From Armatimonadota bacterium (GTDB taxonomy: Bacteria > Armatimonadota > UBA5829 > DTLH01): a stretch of DNA of 64,000 nt. The stretch is taken from contig JBDKUN010000033.1 of NCBI GenBank assembly GCA_039679675.1, forward strand, positions 192,001-256,000, given 5' to 3'. The notes beneath the pieces are model-generated. The model was not told the origin of the DNA. It saw nothing but the letters and a program-made list of their open reading frames with translations, and made no database searches. The translations under genes and the position numbers were made by a program. Below are positions 59,902 through 64,000 of the stretch, one piece after another (position 1 is the first letter of the stretch; each line of letters starts with the position of its first letter).

Positions 59902-60600
59902 TCAGGATGCAGCGAAGCGAAAACCGACGCCGGTTTCCGTGAGGATATAGCGAGGTGAAGACGGCCGAGGCTCTATTTTTTTGCGGAGATGGCTTATGTG
60001 GACCCGAAGTGTCTGGGCATCCTCGGCGTATTCTGGCCCCCAAACCTTTTCGAGAATCATTTTAGATGTAATAACCCGGTCAGCGTTCTGGGCAAGATAC
60101 GCTAAGATATCGAACTCCATACGGGTGAGTTCGATATCCTCCCCGGAACGCTTGACTGTGCGTTTTGCTATATCTATCTCCAGATCACCGACCTTGATGA
60201 CGGGTGGGGGAGTAACGCGGGCTCCCGACCTTCTGAGCAGAGCACGAATCCTTGCAAGGAGTTCCGTTGTGGAGAACGGTTTTGTCAGATAATCATCCGC
60301 CCCTATGTCGAGAGCGGCAGCTTTTTCCATATCACTGCCGATTACCGATAGCATCAGAATCGGCCCCTCGTACCAGTTGCGAAGCTCACGGCAGACTTCT
60401 GTGCCTTTTAGCCCAGGCATAGCCATATCGAGAATGATCAAGTCGGGCTGGTTATCAATTGCCAGATCGATGCCCTCGTCTCCGTTTGCAGCAAGGATAA
60501 CATCATATTTGCGGGCACCGAGAATCGACTTCAGCGCTCTTCGTATCTGTTCCTCGTCATCTATAACAAGTATTTTTGGGTTTTTCTCAGGAGTGGTCAT
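59902..60600 (-). CDS. kdpE: Response regulator KdpE
   Basis: ILVIDDE, LIILD..MPG, GADDYLTKPF, VWG.EY..D.Q.LRV....LRKKIE, TETGVG.R. Confidence 0.88.
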   Translation of the reverse strand: MTTPEKNPKILVIDDEEQIRRALKSILGARKYDVILAANGDEGIDLAIDNQPDLIILDMAMPGLKGTEVCRELRNWYEGPILMLSVIGSDMEKAAALDIGADDYLTKPFSTTELLARIRALLRRSGARVTPPPVIKVGDLEIDIAKRTVKRSGEDIELTRMEFDILAYLAQNADRVITSKMILEKVWGPEYAEDAQTLRVHISHLRKKIEPRPSSPRYILTETGVGFRFAAS

Positions 60601-62181
60601 TTACGGTTCAGGAGCCTCCTCCAGCGGAAGTGAGATTACGAATCTGGCTCCATGCGGAACGACATCCTCTACCCACACCCTTCCGCCATGGAACTTTGCT
60701 ATTTCTCGGGTTACTGCAAGGCCAAGGCCGGTACCGGATGTATACCTGGATGAAGATTCCCCGCGATAGAATTTTTCGAATATCTTATCCCGCTCTTCAG
60801 GTGGGATTCCCGGTCCCTGGTCCTCGACCCATATTCTGATCGAAGTTTCATCGACTGAAGCATTCATCCTGACAGTGCTGTCTTTAGGGCTGTAAGTGAG
60901 TGCATTAGTGAGCAGATTCTCCACTGCTCTGGACATCTGAGTGAAGTCTACGTTTACCATTGGAAGGAAATCCGGCAATGAGACCTCAATTCTTGATTTC
61001 TGTTTCTGCGGTATCTTGGACACCGCAGCCCACAGCACATCAGTCAGCTCGAACCACTCTTTCTTCGGCTCCCAGGCAGCAGACTCCAGACGGGATAGGT
61101 CAAGAAGAGCATTTATGCTTGCCGTAAGCCGGTCAAGATCGTTTTGTAGGCTCGCCAACTCCGGCTGTACAGTCTCGGCATTCCACTCGATATCTTCAGC
61201 AGCAAGATTGCTTACTGTTGCTGCAATGGAAGCAATAGGGGTTTTGAGCTCGTGCGAAACAGAAGACATCAGGGTGGATTTCAGCCGGTCAGCTTCCTGT
61301 AGAGCATCCGCCTGAACAGCAGCCGATGCCAACCTTTTACGCTCAAGAAATGCTGCCGTCTGATTGGCTGCAGCAATTAGAGGTCGAACTTCCGTTATGG
61401 TATAGGCCCTACCATCTGAGCGAGGTCCGACGTAGAGGACACCTTCCTGCCTCTCAGCAGTCTGAAGCGGGATGAAGAGATCATCCCGGCTCGTCTCGGC
61501 ACCGGCCTGTGTATGGTCTACCGATATGGGCCAACCGGATGCAGCCGGGTCGGAACGTCTTTCTATCTGTGGTAATCCGACCGCTTTCGACTGTGAGTAA
61601 GCCCATTCGGCAATTTTCATTACTGGTGGATCGAGCTTACCGCCATCCTCCACAACAGACATCAACTCATAAAGCTTCTTTTCCGGGTCCGTGAGAAATA
61701 ATGCCCCGGAATGTGCTCCTGTGAGTTGTATCACTTCATTCATGAGCAGTTCGGCAATATCTGAAATAGATGCATCCGATACAAGGCGCGCGCTGAACTG
61801 GTTCAGCATAGCCATCTCAAGACCTCTCGCGAGAGCTTCAGCCTCACGATCTCGCAGTCTTCCTGTCTGCATACCCATAACTATCGCAACTATGAGAAAA
61901 ACGAGGAGTGATAGCCAGTCTTTAGGGTCATGGACCCAAAGAGAGCCGTAAGGAGGCAGGAAGAAGAAGTTCCACGAGAGAAACGAGAGCAACGCGGCAA
62001 GAATGGCTGGCCTTACACCACTCATCCCTGCGACGAGCCCGACTATAAGCAAGTACAGGAGCGCCCATTGCCCTTTTGCGAAATCAGTCCGCCCTGGGAT
62101 GCATACCGCCGTTGCGATTGTCACACAAACAACCGCGAAGATATAGCCATGCTGTTTTGTAAAAGCCTGAAAGTTTCTCAT
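60601..62181 (-). CDS. kdpD: KdpD C-terminal half (4 TM, GAF, histidine kinase)
   Basis: NFFFLPP TM domain, GAF, SSVSHELKTP, NLL.NA..YS, DQGPGI, GTGLGL; lacks the KdpD/Usp domains. Confidence 0.85.
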   Translation of the reverse strand: MRNFQAFTKQHGYIFAVVCVTIATAVCIPGRTDFAKGQWALLYLLIVGLVAGMSGVRPAILAALLSFLSWNFFFLPPYGSLWVHDPKDWLSLLVFLIVAIVMGMQTGRLRDREAEALARGLEMAMLNQFSARLVSDASISDIAELLMNEVIQLTGAHSGALFLTDPEKKLYELMSVVEDGGKLDPPVMKIAEWAYSQSKAVGLPQIERRSDPAASGWPISVDHTQAGAETSRDDLFIPLQTAERQEGVLYVGPRSDGRAYTITEVRPLIAAANQTAAFLERKRLASAAVQADALQEADRLKSTLMSSVSHELKTPIASIAATVSNLAAEDIEWNAETVQPELASLQNDLDRLTASINALLDLSRLESAAWEPKKEWFELTDVLWAAVSKIPQKQKSRIEVSLPDFLPMVNVDFTQMSRAVENLLTNALTYSPKDSTVRMNASVDETSIRIWVEDQGPGIPPEERDKIFEKFYRGESSSRYTSGTGLGLAVTREIAKFHGGRVWVEDVVPHGARFVISLPLEEAPEP

Positions 62182-62398
62182 CTCACTATCACCAAAGTTA
62201 CTCAAGACATAATAGCCATGTATTTGGTATCTGGCAAGTGACTTCTACCCTTACGACCCAGTGGAAATTCAATAATGGTATTATTTATTACTACAGAATC
62301 TTGATAGCAACGGTAATCCAATATTGCTATCAAATGTAAATTGCGTTGTGAGGAAAAGGGAGCAGGTGGCTTTTTATAAAAAGGGGCATAGCCTCTCC

Positions 62399-62500
62399 AA
62401 ACGCAAGAAAGGCAGAGCAATCATACAACTGCGTTGCCTTTATCTTCAAATCTATTGATTCCCCTGGCTGGATGATTCTAGAACTTTTCTGACGGGGGCA
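62399..62500 (+). repeat. att-like direct repeat, copy C
   Basis: AAACGCAAGAAAGGCAGAGCAATCATACAACTGCGTTGCC..TCCCCTGGCTGGATGATTCTAGAACTTTT. Confidence 0.7.
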
Positions 62501-62604
62501 GCTTAATCCAAACTTGGTATCGGGATTTCCTGAACGGTTGCGGCGCTGGCTTTCGCGATGAAAGATCAGCTTCGCCCTTTAAAACGCTATACTCCAAAAC
62601 GTGC

Positions 62605-62889
62605 TTACTCCTGATCGAGCCAAGAAACCATTAAATCCGTTGATATATCTTTTGGCTCTAGACCACCCTTTTGCAATTGATCTTCTACATTCTGTACATT
62701 AGAGCCTACTGTTATAGATAATGCGGTTCCATCGCTAAAATGCAACACTATTGCTTCGGCTTGATGCACTTTAGGGTGTGTGTATTCTTCACCAAATTCT
62801 ACAGCAGATATTGTTTTGCCTTTAGCCTGCTCTAGTTTAAACGCTTTTTGTTCAGGTCGTGCAGAATCGATAAATTCAGGGGCACGCAT
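62605..62889 (-). CDS. Hypothetical protein (94 aa)
   Basis: Strong RBS GGAGG, isolated ORF with plausible composition; no family recognised. Confidence 0.65.
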   Translation of the reverse strand: MRAPEFIDSARPEQKAFKLEQAKGKTISAVEFGEEYTHPKVHQAEAIVLHFSDGTALSITVGSNVQNVEDQLQKGGLEPKDISTDLMVSWLDQE

Positions 62890-62933
62890 ATGATATCCTC
62901 CGTTTGTTATTTAGAAAAAACCTTTCCCGAAAC

Positions 62934-63062
62934 TAGTGCTTTGTAAAGTTGAATATTAATAAATAGCATGTCATCCTGATCGAAGCGAAGGATCTCAACT
63001 GTCCGACATTTTGAGATTCTTCACTGCGTTCAGAATGACATAATCAACTTTACAAAGTACTA
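62934..63062. mobile_element. 129-bp MITE-like palindromic element, copy 2
   Basis: 19-bp terminal inverted repeats TAGTGCTTTGTAAAGTTGA / TCAACTTTACAAAGTACTA (18/19) around a TGTCATCCTGA..TCAGAATGACA hairpin. Confidence 0.75.
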
Positions 63063-63081
63063 ATATGATACTTGGAATTTA

Positions 63082-63468
63082 CTATATCTTGTTAACAGCG
63101 TGCAACTCGTTATCGATGTCCACAGGATTATCCTTGGGCATCCTAGCTCTAATATTGTGGATGACCAGTGCGCGGGAAGTTCTTGTCCTCAACCATAATA
63201 TGCCAAGGATAATACCGCCGACGAACCCTACAGCCGTCACCACTGTGAAGATGCAATAGGTTTTCATCGATTTTATATCTGTTGTAATTATAGAAATTAA
63301 GAATGATACAGCCGTTGAGAAAAGAAGAATTGCAAAATTGAGATACAAGCTATCTGGACCACCACGTTCGAGTTCGTTGAGCTCTGAATCCGTGACTTCA
63401 TAGAGAGAGAGTGAGTCAACCTTGCCTCTAAATATTCGAAAATTATCAACGCCTTCACTTTGTGTCAT
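63082..63468 (-). CDS. Hypothetical 2-TM membrane protein
   Basis: 128 aa, two hydrophobic helices; starts 4 nt after the upstream stop. Confidence 0.7.
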   Translation of the reverse strand: MTQSEGVDNFRIFRGKVDSLSLYEVTDSELNELERGGPDSLYLNFAILLFSTAVSFLISIITTDIKSMKTYCIFTVVTAVGFVGGIILGILWLRTRTSRALVIHNIRARMPKDNPVDIDNELHAVNKI

Positions 63469-63472
63469 GGGT

Positions 63473-63736
63473 TCAAACGTTCTCTTTCAGCCACTCATTT
63501 CGGCAAATAACATTGTTCCATGCTGCCGTATTTCCCGACTTAACAATAAATATGCGACTATTTTGGGGAAGGCAATTGAGAATATGGTCGCGTATCTGTT
63601 TGTGATCCTTTTCTGAAACTACAGCCCAGGTAGATTCGGTAATATGAGCCCAAGTCCCATAGGACTTGATGGCTTCAACAACCGGATCGATCTCGGCTCC
63701 TGCAGGCATATCCATAGATATGATGTAACAGGCCAT
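63473..63736 (-). CDS. Small ferredoxin-fold protein, Cas2/VapD-like pattern
   Basis: YIIS.D at the end of strand 1, AIKSYG.WAHI.ES.W, IRD.I...L....IFI; 87 aa; AAAGGA RBS. Confidence 0.6.
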   Translation of the reverse strand: MACYIISMDMPAGAEIDPVVEAIKSYGTWAHITESTWAVVSEKDHKQIRDHILNCLPQNSRIFIVKSGNTAAWNNVICRNEWLKENV

Positions 63737-63889
63737 TACTGTTTCCTTTACTCTATGTCCTTATGTGTGTGCGTAATTCAGCCCCTAGAGAGTGCAGTAC
63801 TTTCTTGCACCACCATACCAATGCCTCTAGAGGACTGTATTCAGTGATGAATACCCTATTGATTTGGGATAACATTTCCAAAAGCGGCT

Positions 63890-63985
63890 AAACGTACAAA
63901 AAGCAGAGCAATTATACAACTACTCTGCCATAATATTCAAATATTAAGTTGGCTCCCCGATGGAGTTAGTGTCAAGAACGTTCAG
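63890..63985 (+). repeat. att-like direct repeat, copy D (left half conserved)
   Basis: AAACGTACAAAAAGCAGAGCAATTATACAACTACTCTGCC..TTCAAATATTAAGTTGGCTCCCC, then diverges. Confidence 0.65.
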
Positions 63986-64000
63986 AGCCATCTTTCAGCT

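Noticed and set aside
49904..63985. CRISPR array or integron attC sites as the explanation for the repeats
   Set aside because: Spacing is kilobases and irregular, RYYYAAC/GTTRRRY boxes were not found, and there is no cas1 or intI.
63945..64000. tRNA gene on the minus strand ending GGGGAGCCA
   Set aside because: No T-arm (GTTCGA) at the right distance and no cloverleaf; treated as an att-like remnant.

Overview
64 kb of an accessory-rich chromosomal region (about 50% GC by eye) from a diderm bacterium (two TolC genes) that is probably flagellated and anaerobic; Armatimonadota is a low-confidence guess. In order: (i) 0.3-9.6 kb, two convergent glycosylation units, each behind a sigma-28-like promoter, including a 1932-aa radical SAM/multi-glycosyltransferase fusion. 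(ii) 9.7-17.7 kb, an unusual lipid/polyketide-type cluster: two B12-radical SAM enzymes, a methyltransferase, a U32 Fe-S protein, a coiled-coil membrane protein, an SRPBCC cyclase and a ketosynthase, with no ACP or chain length factor. (iii) An acyltransferase, AraC, a fructose-family PTS and a secreted GH38. (iv) RND, MFS and ABC-type export modules, a CarD-like protein and an XylR-type regulator. (v) mgtA, a flippase-like protein and GH130. (vi) 49.9-64 kb, blocks of unrelated cargo (OLD-family nuclease, YjhP-like methyltransferase, a kdp locus with split KdpD and three small leader ORFs, a Cas2-like + 2TM pair) separated by same-orientation ~100-bp att-like repeats. Two inverted copies of a 129-bp MITE-like palindrome are also present. 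No rRNA, intact tRNA, CRISPR array, transposase or integrase was seen. All calls come from motif recognition by eye; no database searches were run.
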